Shown here piece after piece: positions 38,870 through 50,430 of a stretch of DNA of 64,000 nucleotides. Position numbers and translations under genes: made by a program. Under the pieces are notes generated by a model. It was not told the DNA's origin, did no database searches, and was given only the letters and a program-made list of their open reading frames with translations. How positions within the stretch are numbered: position 1 is the stretch's first letter; every line of letters starts with the position of its first letter. This stretch comes from Guillardia theta CCMP2712 (Eukaryota; Protista; Cryptophyta): assembly GCF_000315625.1 (NCBI RefSeq), contig NW_005434644.1, positions 512,998 through 576,997 on the forward strand, read 5' to 3'.

Positions 38870-39210
38870 GTCCCCCCGCCGCCGTCCGGCCGGGCCGGGG
38901 GGCCGGGCGACTCTGCCAGTCTCTCGGATCCCGGAGTCCCGAGTCGGCGACTCGGCCCGGGCCGCCCAGCCGCACGGCCTGCCAGGCGGCAGTGTGAGCC
39001 GCAGTGTGCCGCGCCGCCGTGCGCCCCGGGCCTGATCGGCGACGCATTGCAGTGCGGCACTGCAGCTGGCACGGACTCCCGGCCCACTGTGACGGTGACC
39101 TCGGACCGGGCCCCGGGCCCGGCCAGCCGCCCGGTCACCGTACGGTACTGATTTTTAACTTAACTTTGAGTAAAGTACTAGCGGCCCGGCCGGCCTCAGG
39201 ACTCCGGGAT
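38870..39210. promoter_or_regulatory. GC-rich island in a divergent promoter region, containing 30-bp motif copy 2 (39145-39174)
   Basis: Lies between the 38824(-) and 39388(+) starts. Confidence 0.55.
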
Positions 39211-39387
39211 TGAATCAGTCAGGTTGACTAGCGTTCATGACCCCTACCTCATCCTTTTTGAATAGGGGCTCTGCAAGGGTCCTCAGATGACAAGGAGCGA
39301 TAGGGGTGGTAGTAAGCGATAGTTCTGGGGTACTGAAAAAGGCGGGGGTAGAGACGAGCGCGAAGAGACACGAACGAAGCGGCGGAA

Positions 39388-40350
39388 ATGGCCATTGAAA
39401 GTCTGTCGCCGGCGGCATGCACTACGATCGAGGAAGTGGGATCCACTGGTGTGGGAGCTCTCACCATTGTCTTCCTTGTCCTTGCAGTTTCCACCATTGT
39501 CTTCATCGCAAGGTCGAGCTCTGCCAAGGAGACTAAGCAGTACTACTTCTGCTCGATCTACATCTGCGCGTTTTCCACCTTGGCGTACTTTGCTATGCTC
39601 TCTGGACAGGGTTGGACTGCAGTGGCTGGTTGCAGACAGTTTTTCTATGTTCGATACGTGGACTACGCCATCACCCTTCCCTTGATCATCCTTCAGCTTG
39701 GATTGATCGCTGGAGCAGAGACTTCCATCATCGCTGCTACCATCGGTGCTGAGAGTGAGTATTTTGCATACATCCTGCTTCTCATTTGCAAGAATCAATT
39801 CTCAAGAGCGTCCTGCTCGTTGCTTTCCCTGATGATTTTTCTATGCAGTTCTCTATGTTGCCACTTTCTACTTTGCATCGGTGTCAGTGGTGACCACCGT
39901 AAAGTGGTTCTGGTTCGTTATCGGAGCCATTGCCCTTGTCTGTGTTTTGGTCTCGATCTCCAAGAACATGAGGGAATCAGCTGTGACTCGTGGTGGGGAT
40001 GTCGCGTCTTTGTACGGACAGCTCGCTACCATTGTCACTGTGGCCTTCATCTTCTACCCGGTGAGCACCTCCGCACCTATCCATACGGGTTTCTTCTGAC
40101 GGAATGTGAAGATGGTTTGGTTGTTCTCTGAGGGATTTGCATCCTTCTCCGTTTCCTTTGAGGTAAGAAGGACACTTGAAATGACATAACATGCCGTCCA
40201 GATTGGTGCACCGGATTACTAACTGTGTGTTAGGTGTGCGGGTATGCTATCTTGGATACCGTGGCCAAGGTTATCTTCTGCTTCATCGTCATGTCTGGCA
40301 ACGATGTCCTTGCAACTGCGCCCAACTCCACGGATAAGGAATACGTCTGA
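39388..40350 (+). CDS. Microbial (type I) rhodopsin, bacteriorhodopsin-like/cryptophyte sensory-rhodopsin type, 248 aa
   Basis: Exons 39388-39754, 39849-40060, 40112-40162 and 40234-40350 join in frame; AYFAM..G.G, RYVDYAITLPL, FYPMVWL, LDTVAK (Schiff-base Lys); seven hydrophobic helices. Confidence 0.93.
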
Positions 40351-40616
40351 GAAAGTGGAATTTCTCTCCGTATTCTCTGACCCAAAAGTGACTTGTCAGC
40401 AACATACATATTCACTTCTATGATAAACTGCTCTTGATTTGTCACTGCAGATCGCAGTCCGAATGTCAGTGTTGTGCAGCTCCTGTCGACTTTGGGAAAG
40501 GTTGTTTTCACACTTTAATCTACTTTGTTACTATCCATGGAGGGCAGTATGTCATGTCATGTTCCCGGGTAGAAGTGAACCAGGTTCTCCCGACGGCTCA
40601 CACAACTTATCATGCT

Positions 40617-43600
40617 CTACTTTTCTTCGATGATCCTCGACTCTCTTGCGAACCTGCTCATCAAATCACACGCGAAGTCGAATACACATTCACTCACTCT
40701 TCCGCTTCGGCTGTGATGGAGAATCTTCGATGTCCGCTGTTGAAATCATCTCCGAGAGTTGAGATTGTTGAGTATGCGAAGGTGTATTTGCCAGAGAGCC
40801 AGAGAACTCTGGATCTTGATCATTGGCAAAAATGTCTCTGCTTGCAGGACCAGTTGGCGAACCTCTTTGCCTGTTAAATTCTGATCAAGAAAAAATCACA
40901 AATGAGAGGATAGCAAGCACTTGTTCGAATCTCCTCGGTCTGTGAGACCCTTGTGGAATTTAGAGAGCGACCTTTCAAGTTGGTTTGCTTGCCCAAAGGA
41001 GAGGCCACCTGTCCTGCAAATTTCTTCCAGATGTCTTACCCTGAGTAAAAATCAGATACATGACGGGCATGGCTCAATGAGAAGCTTTACATTTTTCTCG
41101 CCTGCAAGCTTGACAAAAATCTTATTTGAATAGCAAGCATTTCAAGAAAGTTGCTTCTTCCATTTGCGTCGCTCAAAGTCCAGTCAAGACCATCCTTGAT
41201 GTATTTTTCTGTATCCTCTTCGTCGAGTCTGCATTAAAACATGAGTAATGGACCTTAACCACCCTTTAGAAATCGTGACAACCTGAGAACGCTGACTGAG
41301 TCAATCAGTGCCATACCCATAGACGAAACGTTTGAGTTTTCGGAGGAGACGCTTTGACCCAACTTCATATACATCTGAAATAATCAATCAGTGTCGCAAT
41401 GTACTGGAAATACCGCGAACTCATACATTTTGATGTGCTTTCAGCCAGAAAGTTACTCGGTCTGAACGGTCTTGTGGGATGAGCTGTTCGTTTGCGATCT
41501 TCAGGAGCTGAGCACATCAAGTCAAAACTTGAATCAACATTACACGAAATTACCTCGTTATGGAACTTTGCTGAGTATGGCCTATGCCTGCACCAAAATT
41601 CAATTTCATGTACCGACTATGAAAGAATCGAGTTCGGACATCGTTACAGTTGACAGCATATCGATCAATGTGCTTTCAGATGCATCTCTTTGATAAATAA
41701 GACCTTTGAGAACCTGAGGCCATATTCATTCCGAGAGAGGAAAAGCAAAAATATGACAAATATACAGCAATGGCGACGACTCGAAGTGAACTTCGCGGAT
41801 CTTGATCATCTTGTACTCCAATATTTCTGATACTCTCTCCAAGATCTTCGCTGTCTATGCTTTACATGTCAATACACTTGGAACAATACGAAATCAACAC
41901 TTTTCTTATGTACCTTTCATGTTATTGGACAGTAAACTTTCTGCGAACTCGCCCAAAGCTTGGAGAGCATCTGACGGAAATTCCAGGTCTTGATTTCCCT
42001 CTGATTGCAGATATCTCCCAAAGACCTACTTCTCATCAGCCGTTTTTGTCAAGGGGACTGCAAAAATGCCTGTTGCATGTCGGCTATTGCCACGGCGACC
42101 TGCACAGACAACTTGCGATTGACTGAAGTGCCTTTCCGCAAGACTTCGTTGCAAAACTCGAGTAACGAGTCACGAGCTTGCAATATGTCATGCATTTCAT
42201 CTTCTCGTCGTGTCTCCATTCGCCAAAGCAGGTAATGAAGGCAAAGGCACACCAAATGGCAACCAACCTGCGAATCTCTCAGTATGACATGCGCACAAGA
42301 TAGTCAAATACTTCATGATTTTTGTATTGTTCGTTTTCAACATAATCTTTCATCAAGGACAGGATGTATTCCTTTGGATCCGATGATATTTTAAAGATAT
42401 CAAGATGCCCACTTAATATTGCGGCTCGCTTCAGGCTCAATTCATTGAGAGATGAGATTCTTCCACCCTGCAATTTGTTGATTGGTCGTGTAAACAGTAG
42501 ACAACAGAGTAGAACCTTGCTCACTGCCTCCGAAATTTTCTTCAATTCAGCATTCAAAGACTCATACAGAGGCTTCAGCCTTGTTTGAATCTGTCCCAAC
42601 AAGATTTCAGTACGATGCTTGAAAAGGTATGTCTTACCGTTGCTTTCATTGCGTAATCTGAATTTTCCAAATTCGCAAGCGACTGCCCACAGGCAAGCAT
42701 AACATCAAAATCTTGGGATTTCTTTGAAATCTCCACAACACGGTCGACTATGTCTTTCAGGACCTACTACTTCTCAGTTACTGGCCAAGCTCATTCCATC
42801 AACCTTATCCTTTGCGCTGAAGGAATCCAAGTTGAAGTGCTGCAACAAACCCACCAGTGGAGGGAGCATTTCTTTTTCTGTACCAAATTTTCCAAAAATC
42901 GCAGCCAAATTATGCGAAAGAACAATGCATGCCTCTTTTAATTTCTTTTGTTCAGGGTTCTGAGGACAAGATGTCAAGTTAATTAAGTCGATATATTTCC
43001 CCACCTTCTTTCTGTTTGAATTTTCTTCCTGCTCAACATTTCCAGCCAGGAGGCTTAGCGTCCCGCACATCATCCTAGCAAGTGTAACCTGCACGATTTC
43101 ATCCATCAGAATCAGAACCAGAACCATAAGCCGCTATACCTTATATTCAGGCTCCAATGCATCATCCCCTGTATCCTCAAGCAAAACATCGCATGCAATT
43201 GTGAAATTCTATGAACAATTGAGTCATTCAATCGCATCACAGGTTCAAAAACCACCTCAAGAACAGGAACACGCTCAATCAGCACTTCGACTGCAGGTTG
43301 AAGGTCTTGGAATTCAGATGCCACAGTTCCCAACAATTCGACAATCCCCTTGAAAACGAAGGAGTCTTTCTGGTCTTCCTTCGCACCTTTGTCTGCGCAA
43401 TCAAACGTAAGATTTTGACCTGCCGCAATCGTTTAGCCACCTGATACACGAGAAGCAGATTCAAAAGCAAGTTCCAGATCGTGAGAAATGTAAGAGGCTT
43501 CAATGAAATCGGCCGCAGCACTACGGATGTCAACATCCGCTTCGGTGATAAGAGAATAGACCAATTCTGGACCATCATTTTTCAAAAGTTCCTTGGTTGC

Positions 43601-45093
43601 CATTGTTTTCAAAGTCTCAATAGCTTGGATTGCCACTTGCTTGGTAACATCCAAACGCATCTCAAGAATTCGATCCCGAAATCTTTCGGTAAACATTTCT
43701 AATTCGTTTTCCAAACCATTACTGTAAAAGCTGTCGATGCACTCAAGTGCTGCAAGTCTCACATCGGCGTGCTGTCATATTGAGTCAGAATAAGCCCTTC
43801 GAAGCCAGACAGCAGCTCACCTTATCGTAGAGTGCCCAACCAATATACTTGAGGAACGAATTCTCGAGAAATTTGGACTTGTAATCAATGATCACTTTTC
43901 CGATGGATGAAATACAGCGTGCTCGTATCTGATATGCAAATGTCAATTTTCAAAGTCGTATGATTCAAACTAAACCTCATGTGCAGCATCTCTATGCCGA
44001 TGAATGACAATAGAGTTGAAAAAGCTTGAAAGAGCTTTTTCTGCATCCCCGCGGATCGATCGTTTAGCCTCCAATTGTTCCTCAAGCCTTGCCAACTTTT
44101 GAGTTTCCTTCTTGCTTTTTGCGGCTTCATATAGCCTTTCAAGGTTGTTCATAGCATCCAAAGTATCGTTTGCACGTCCAACAATTGCATTCATGATTTC
44201 CAGTCCAACAATTGTGGAAGCTAACCGAAGAATTTTCAGCTGAGACCTGGATACAATATCATAATGAATATTTTTCATATCATTAAATACGTGGACATAG
44301 CATGCAACCACGGGCAAAATGGATTTTCATGCATGCTGCGCAGCTCAGATTCAGGGGCGTGATAGACAAACTTGTCCCAAAAGTCTGAGAATTGGCTTTG
44401 AACTTTCTTGTGAGACTTGCTGTTTCCCGTGAAACAGTTGATTGAAGTCTCAGCTTCTCCGGAAGCGCATGTTTCTACAAGCTGTCGCAGATAGTCATCA
44501 ACATCCATGTCATCATCACTTCCAAAAGCTGAAGCCGGGAATCTTTCTTTGAATCCAGCTGCCTGTAAGAAGTGTTTCAGGCGTATGAAGAAAATATGAT
44601 ATGCCAAACACTCACTTCTAGCACCATGTTTGTGAGTTTGCAGACAGCCGTTGCTCTGTCTCTGTCATACTGTTCCCACCATTCTTTGACAGCCATAGGA
44701 ATGGCACTCGCCTTGGTAGCAATGATACCTAGGAAGTTTTCACTTTAATACAAGAGAAAAGCTGATGGCACACCAAAGAGCGAATTTTCGCTAGTCTCAA
44801 AGAGTAATCGTCCTGTCTTATCAGTCTTGCGTCTCTGAGACGGTGCAGGGGAAGACTGAGAAAGTACATCGCTGTGCTTTCGTTTATGTTGCGAAGCTTT
44901 TCCCTTTGTGCTCCCTTCGAAAGCATCATCGCTATCGTTGTCTTTGTCTGCTTCAAGCATAGACAGTTTCAGTTGGCCAGGTTCCTTGTAACTGTGAGGG
45001 TCGCATGAGAAAAATAAAAGCTGAATAAACTGAGTAAGTGTTTTACCTGATCTCAGCTCGCGGCCGCATCGTTCGTCTTGGCGTGGCTGACAT
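40617..45093 (-). CDS. STAG: Cohesin subunit SA/STAG (Scc3), many short exons
   Basis: FFNSIVIHRHRD, FLKYIGWALYDK, VRLAALECI, LEMFTERFRDRILEM. Confidence 0.88.
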
Positions 45094-45483
45094 TTCAAAT
45101 ACCTTTTGGTTGAAAGTCTGCAATTGCAGTAGTCAGTATCATATCTCAGAGAGCTGCAAAACATCAGTGTCCAGAAATGGCATTGCACTCGTACTCGAAA
45201 CTCCAAAGTCAAGAGGAAACCAGGTAACAGAGACGTTAATCAAAGAGTGAGGGAGCCATGGAGCCATTCAAACAGGTAGAGATAAATGAATTAACGGACA
45301 GTAGAATGCAGAAAGGCAAAGAAGGGACAAAAGTCAGAGCAGACATGGAGAAAGGAGACAAAACGGTGAAGAGTGCAAGAGAGCAGGGAGATATTGAGCA
45401 CAGGGATTAGTTGAGACAGAGGAAGGAAGGGACGGAGGGTCGGAAAGACGGAGGACGGATGGGTAGATAAGTGTGTTGCAAAA

Positions 45484-45712
45484 GGGAGAGAGGAGAGAGG
45501 AGAGAGGAGAGAGGAGAGAGGAGAGAGGAGAGAGGAGAGAGGAGAGAGGAGAGAGGAGAGAGGAGAGAGGAGAGAGGAGAGAGGAGGAGAGGAGAGGAGA
45601 GGGAGGAGGGAGGAGGGAGGAGGAGGAGGGAGGAGGGAGGAGGGAGGAGAGGAGGAGGAGGAGAGGAGGAGAGGAGGAGAGAGGAGAGGAGGAGAGAGGA
45701 GAGAGAGAGAGG
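45484..45712 (+). repeat. (GAGAGGA)n/polypurine simple repeat running into an assembly gap
   Basis: Heptamer array degenerating into GGAGG units. Confidence 0.9.
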
Positions 45713-45812
45713 NNNNNNNNNNNNNNNNNNNNNNNNNNNNNNNNNNNNNNNNNNNNNNNNNNNNNNNNNNNNNNNNNNNNNNNNNNNNNNNNNNNNNNNN
45801 NNNNNNNNNNNN
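45713..45812. other. Assembly gap (100 N)
   Basis: Run of n. Confidence 0.99.
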
Positions 45813-46098
45813 GTTCTTTCGAGCAGAGGTCGAGAAGTCCAGAGACCATCAGGTACCATTTCAAAAGACCGGCACGTACTTTTTGGAGAAATTAGAGGAT
45901 GGTTGCAGGAGGCACAGGGGTTCCATCCGACCATCGACGATCCACGTTCGTGACCAACAGTTGTTGTGGAAATGCTGCAAAATCCACAGGAAGCGCAGCA
46001 CCCGAATCAAACGTTCTGGAAATCGGGGAAAGAACCGCAATTAATGTCCGAGAACCCAGAGCAATAAGTCATCGCCAAGGCAGATCCTGCGTCCGTCT

Positions 46099-46290
46099 AG
46101 AGGGAGGAGGGAGGAGGGAGGAGGGAGGAGGGAGGAGGGAGGAGGGAGGAGGGAGGAGAGAGGAGAGAGGAGAGAGGAGAGAGGAGAGAGGAGAGAGAAG
46201 AGAGAAGAGAGGAGGGAGGAGGGAGGAGGGAGGAGAGAGGAGGGAGGAGAGAGGAGGGAGGAGAGAGGAGAGAGATAGAATAGAGGAGAG
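46099..46290 (+). repeat. Polypurine (GAGGGAG/GAGAGGA)n repeat
   Basis: Same repeat family as 45484-45712. Confidence 0.88.
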
Positions 46291-46766
46291 AGCAGCAGGC
46301 GAAAGGATCATTGAAACATTTTCCGCGCCCGCCCACATGGTAGGTTTGTGGTACTGCAATCTCCCGCCTTTTTCAACCTCACTACCCCGTCCTCCTACCA
46401 AGAAGTACCCTACCGTCTCTGGGCCCCTCTTCCGCCCTCCCAGCAAAATTTGAACCAGCCAAGTCGGACCGTTACAAGTGGCGGTTTCACTCCGGAAAAC
46501 TTGGCTTCAACTTTCACGAGTCACGCCCTGACTGGCACACCAACCGTCTCGGCATTCATGATTGGTTCTCGCTCAGCGGCTGTCTTTTCTCTTCTCGCCG
46601 TCACGGTGGCCTGTGCGACCGTACAGCCTCAGGGGTATCAGTTAACGGTTAGGGGGACAGCAGTCGGCAGGATTAGGTTTCAGTGGTTCTCGCTGTCTCT
46701 CTTCTCGCCGGTTGGCCTGTGCGACAGTGTCAAGCCTCCTCGCCTCTCCTGATCATACTTATCCTC

Positions 46767-47367
46767 GTACTGATCTTTGACTTGTCTTTGAGTAAATGGA
46801 CCACTCTCTGAGAGTCAAGGGGCAATAACCACGGGCCAGGCTTCGAGTCAGAAACCTTCAAGGCTTACTTCAAGTATTAGTGGCCAGCGGCCGGGCAGTG
46901 ACTGTCGGAGCCGGGCCGGCCCGGGCTGACTCGGGCGTGCGTGGCCGGGCAGGCCGGCACGCCCGGCCACCCGGCCCCCGACACGCGGCGAGCCCGGCCT
47001 CAGCGACCGGCTCTGCACAGCAAGCACGCGGCAAGAAGTTCCGAGCCTGTTGGTGGCGGCGCCCCGGGCCGACCGCCGGGCCGGGCCGCTCAGGGCCTAC
47101 CGTGACTGAGTCACCGGGTCAGGCTCCAACCCCGGACTCCGGGAAGTTGATACTGCCTACAGCGGCACGTAGTACGTTCGCCGCAACGGGGCTGGCAGCC
47201 CCCCGACGGTTCACACGGCCCGGACCCGTTACACTGCCACCGAACGTTGGCGGGGCAGACACTGAACTTTGCCTCACTGACTGAAAGCGGCCTGTATTCG
47301 GCGTATCCTGGTACGGTATTCGGTACTGAGTTTTCGGTCGGAGTCGTTGGTCGTTTCGAATCAGTAC
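46767..47367. promoter_or_regulatory. GC-rich island bracketed by 30-bp motif copy 3 (46767-46796) and an inverted GTACTGAT word (47360-47367)
   Basis: Direct sequence inspection. Confidence 0.45.
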
Positions 47368-47552
47368 TAGAAATTTTATTCGGAAAGCACACTTCAGTCC
47401 TATCTGATACGTTCTAAAGAATAATTTCATCTCTCAGTGCAACCCTGCTGTTAATGGAATGTGAAAGAATTTTGACCGGATTTTTTAAGTTAATCTTCTC
47501 AAATCCGTGGATGAAGTTCACGATTATCTGAAATGTACAAGAGAGCCTCAAA

Positions 47553-48570
47553 TCACGGGTAGGTTCTGGATCGCTTTGCCATGCTGATGATATGTGAATG
47601 CTCAATGGTTTCCATTCTTCTCTTCTTCCATTGCGTATGGTGGAGACAGCTCATTTGACCAGTAGCATAAACTGCAGCAAAGATTAGAAGAGTTTGTGTG
47701 AAAAGAGTACTCCTTACGCTTCCTTTCGCACAGTGTAAGCGTAGAAACAAATTTGGAAGCATTCTTGTCTTCTGTGTTGTTAAATCGATCCAAGATAACT
47801 TGATATCTCTGTGCAAAGGCAGTATTCAATCGTTGAATCAGTTGTAGCCCTTCCTGAGTACCATCCATCTTCCACAAAAAGTAACTTTTCTATAAAGACA
47901 GAGCATAGTCATTCTACCAATGCAAGTTCAATGCCCAGATCATAATAATATGGGTTGCGATTGAATTTCACAGTTGTTGCCCCTGCCTTGATTTTGGAAA
48001 GCATTCTTTGTTTGAACTCCTTGGGCATGTCCGCTTGCACATACCTAGCAATGCAAATAAGTCTGCTGTCATAAGATTTAACAATGTTACCCCTTGGAAG
48101 CAAGATCCCGAGTCATCCAAAGGGGGAGAGTGCGAACCTTGATGGATACTTAGCACTTTTCTGTCACCTCTCGATGCACTGACCTGATCGGGATTTTTAG
48201 ATTCAAAAAGTTCTGATACAGATTGATTGAAGCCATGCTCAAATTCAACAGGGATACCCTGGAGTACGAATTAATCTTTCCCGCCACAGAGATATGACGG
48301 TCATTGCACCTCTTCCTCACAGAGTATTCTGTCCAAATCAAAGTAATTTGCGTTCTGCATGAAAATCCTGCAGCAGATTTAGGTTTCCAATGTTTGGATG
48401 ATCACATACGAGAAAACAACAAATCGGAAAGAAGGATCAACTAAATGATCATTGATCGTATGTAATTTTCCAGGTCATTTCAAGTATTGCTTGCTCCCAG
48501 CTAAGCTTTGAAGAAACTAAAGCTACTCTTCTATTCGCAACCCACCCGCTCACATTTCAAAACTGCATGG
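47553..48570 (-). CDS. PSF3: GINS complex subunit Psf3; start uncertain
   Basis: NYFDLDRILCEEE; MPKEFKQRMLSKIKAGATTVKF..NPYYYDLG; AFAQRYQVILD..KFVSTLTLCE. Confidence 0.75.
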
Positions 48571-50430
48571 CCTTGAAAGCACCTCCCAGCTCTCTACTAG
48601 TATGGTCCAGACTGTCTCAGACTGCATGTACAGAAATCAACTCATAGCTACAGGGTATTCACGAAGCGAGGGCCCACAATAGGAACAAGCTGCGCGCATG
48701 CCGTGAATTAATTGCGAAGGGGAAACAACGCGCGCTCTTGGGCCCCTCCTACAAGCGATCGATTCTTTTACTCAAATTAGAAGAATACAAGACCACCCCC
48801 TTCTAGACGTCCTTTTTCACAATGTTGAGGTGGTCCATTGTGACTCCTATCCACCACCCCTTATATTGGAGGCAGGTCCCAAAATTCTGTTTTCCGCGTG
48901 AAAATTTGGACTCAATTATATGAAATTATAGCCAAAATTCAGATAATTGAGACAAATATTGAAACCAATTCCATAAAAGTGATAGTAGCCTAGTGGGGTA
49001 CCCCCTCAAGAAGAAAAAAGAATGGAAGTCTGATACCGTCCGTTCCATGCCTTGGACCTTCGGAAGCTTCAAATTCCTGCATGGATTCGATTCGAACCCT
49101 CGATCAAATCAACAGGTTAGGCGGGTTAACTCGATTGAAATCGTTTTAGGTTCAACAAAAAAATACTCAACTAAGAATCTCTTACCATCATATTATGATT
49201 AACTAGAAAATAGTACCAAAATCTCATGTTTGACTAAAAGTAATATGAATATTTAAAAATGTTTCCGCATTTGCAAAATCATACTTCTATAACTACTTTT
49301 TATCTTCCAAAGAATTGTACTAAGTTATAATTAATAAGTACAGTTTGCTAGTTCATTCTGGTACGATCACAGTTTTTGGCAAAATTGAATCCATTGAATG
49401 GGTGGGGTAGTAATTATCATGGGGTGGATGATTTGATGGGACCAATATTCATAGCAAATAAAGTCGGAAATATCACCGGTACTTGGGGAGGTATTATCCC
49501 ACCCCAACGAAATGCTTCAACACAACCCATGCCCTTTCCACCAAACTTTCTAATAAAAGTTTTTCTTTGATGTACTCACAGATCAGATTATTGCCGATTA
49601 AAACTATTTGTAGATTATTTTGTACAAATATCCCTTCAAATTAGTACCTTTAATTCCAGTGGTAGCACATTTATCATCTCAGTTTACAATAACTATATGA
49701 GTATTTAATATGAAAGCAATGAACTTAAAATTTTGGTACAAATTCATTTTTAAATGCTCCGCCCCCACCTCCCTTGCCGCCGCCAAAGCTCTGCATCATG
49801 CCTACTCCTCGCTTCACTGATTGATCCCGCAGCATTCTCAACCATTTCTTCCTTGCACCATGTTGTCTCTGACCTGTTCTCTCCTCCTTCATGAAGTCAC
49901 TCACACATGTGCCTCGCTCCCTCTTCCTAGGCTTGCATGGGGAACCCGTAATAGGACTAGTGACCATGGTGTGTTGTTCAAGCGACCTATGACCTCATAA
50001 AGTACACTCTTTCTCTTGATCATTCCCTCGTTTTCACCAATTTCATCTCCATTCTGAGTCTACCTGTCCTACTATGATTGATCCCATCACATCCTCCTTC
50101 TACCCAGGAGACAGAAAGCTCGTTACACCTTTCGGCTTCTCGCATAAGGCGTTTGTTTCGCCGATGCGCCCAAACTGTTTTGATCTAACAAAGAATTTTC
50201 ACCATATCATGCACTTATTTCTTTCAAGCTTGTTTTACCTCCACTCGTGCTTGGTGTTGATATTCCACCAAACAGTTGAACCTTCTGATATCGTGATCTC
50301 TTGACGATGTTGTGCTCTGTTGTGCCTTGGTCAGGTCATCAATGGATAGCTATTCTTGACTGCTCATTACCAGTCTTTGTTGACGATATTTGTTTTCAGG
50401 TGCATTGATGTTGCCTCCGCAGAGTTTGTA

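Noticed and set aside
45484-46290. AG-rich arrays as telomeric or CRISPR-like repeats
   Set aside because: Simple degenerate heptamer repeats, internal to the scaffold, with no spacers or cas genes
46767-47367. MITE bounded by GTACTGAT inverted repeats
   Set aside because: Only 8 bp of inverted match, no clear target-site duplication, and not reproduced at the other islands
20458-48570. Functional cluster of chromosome-maintenance genes (RIF1, SNF2, STAG, PSF3)
   Set aside because: Interspersed with unrelated genes; chance in a gene-dense genome cannot be excluded without synteny data
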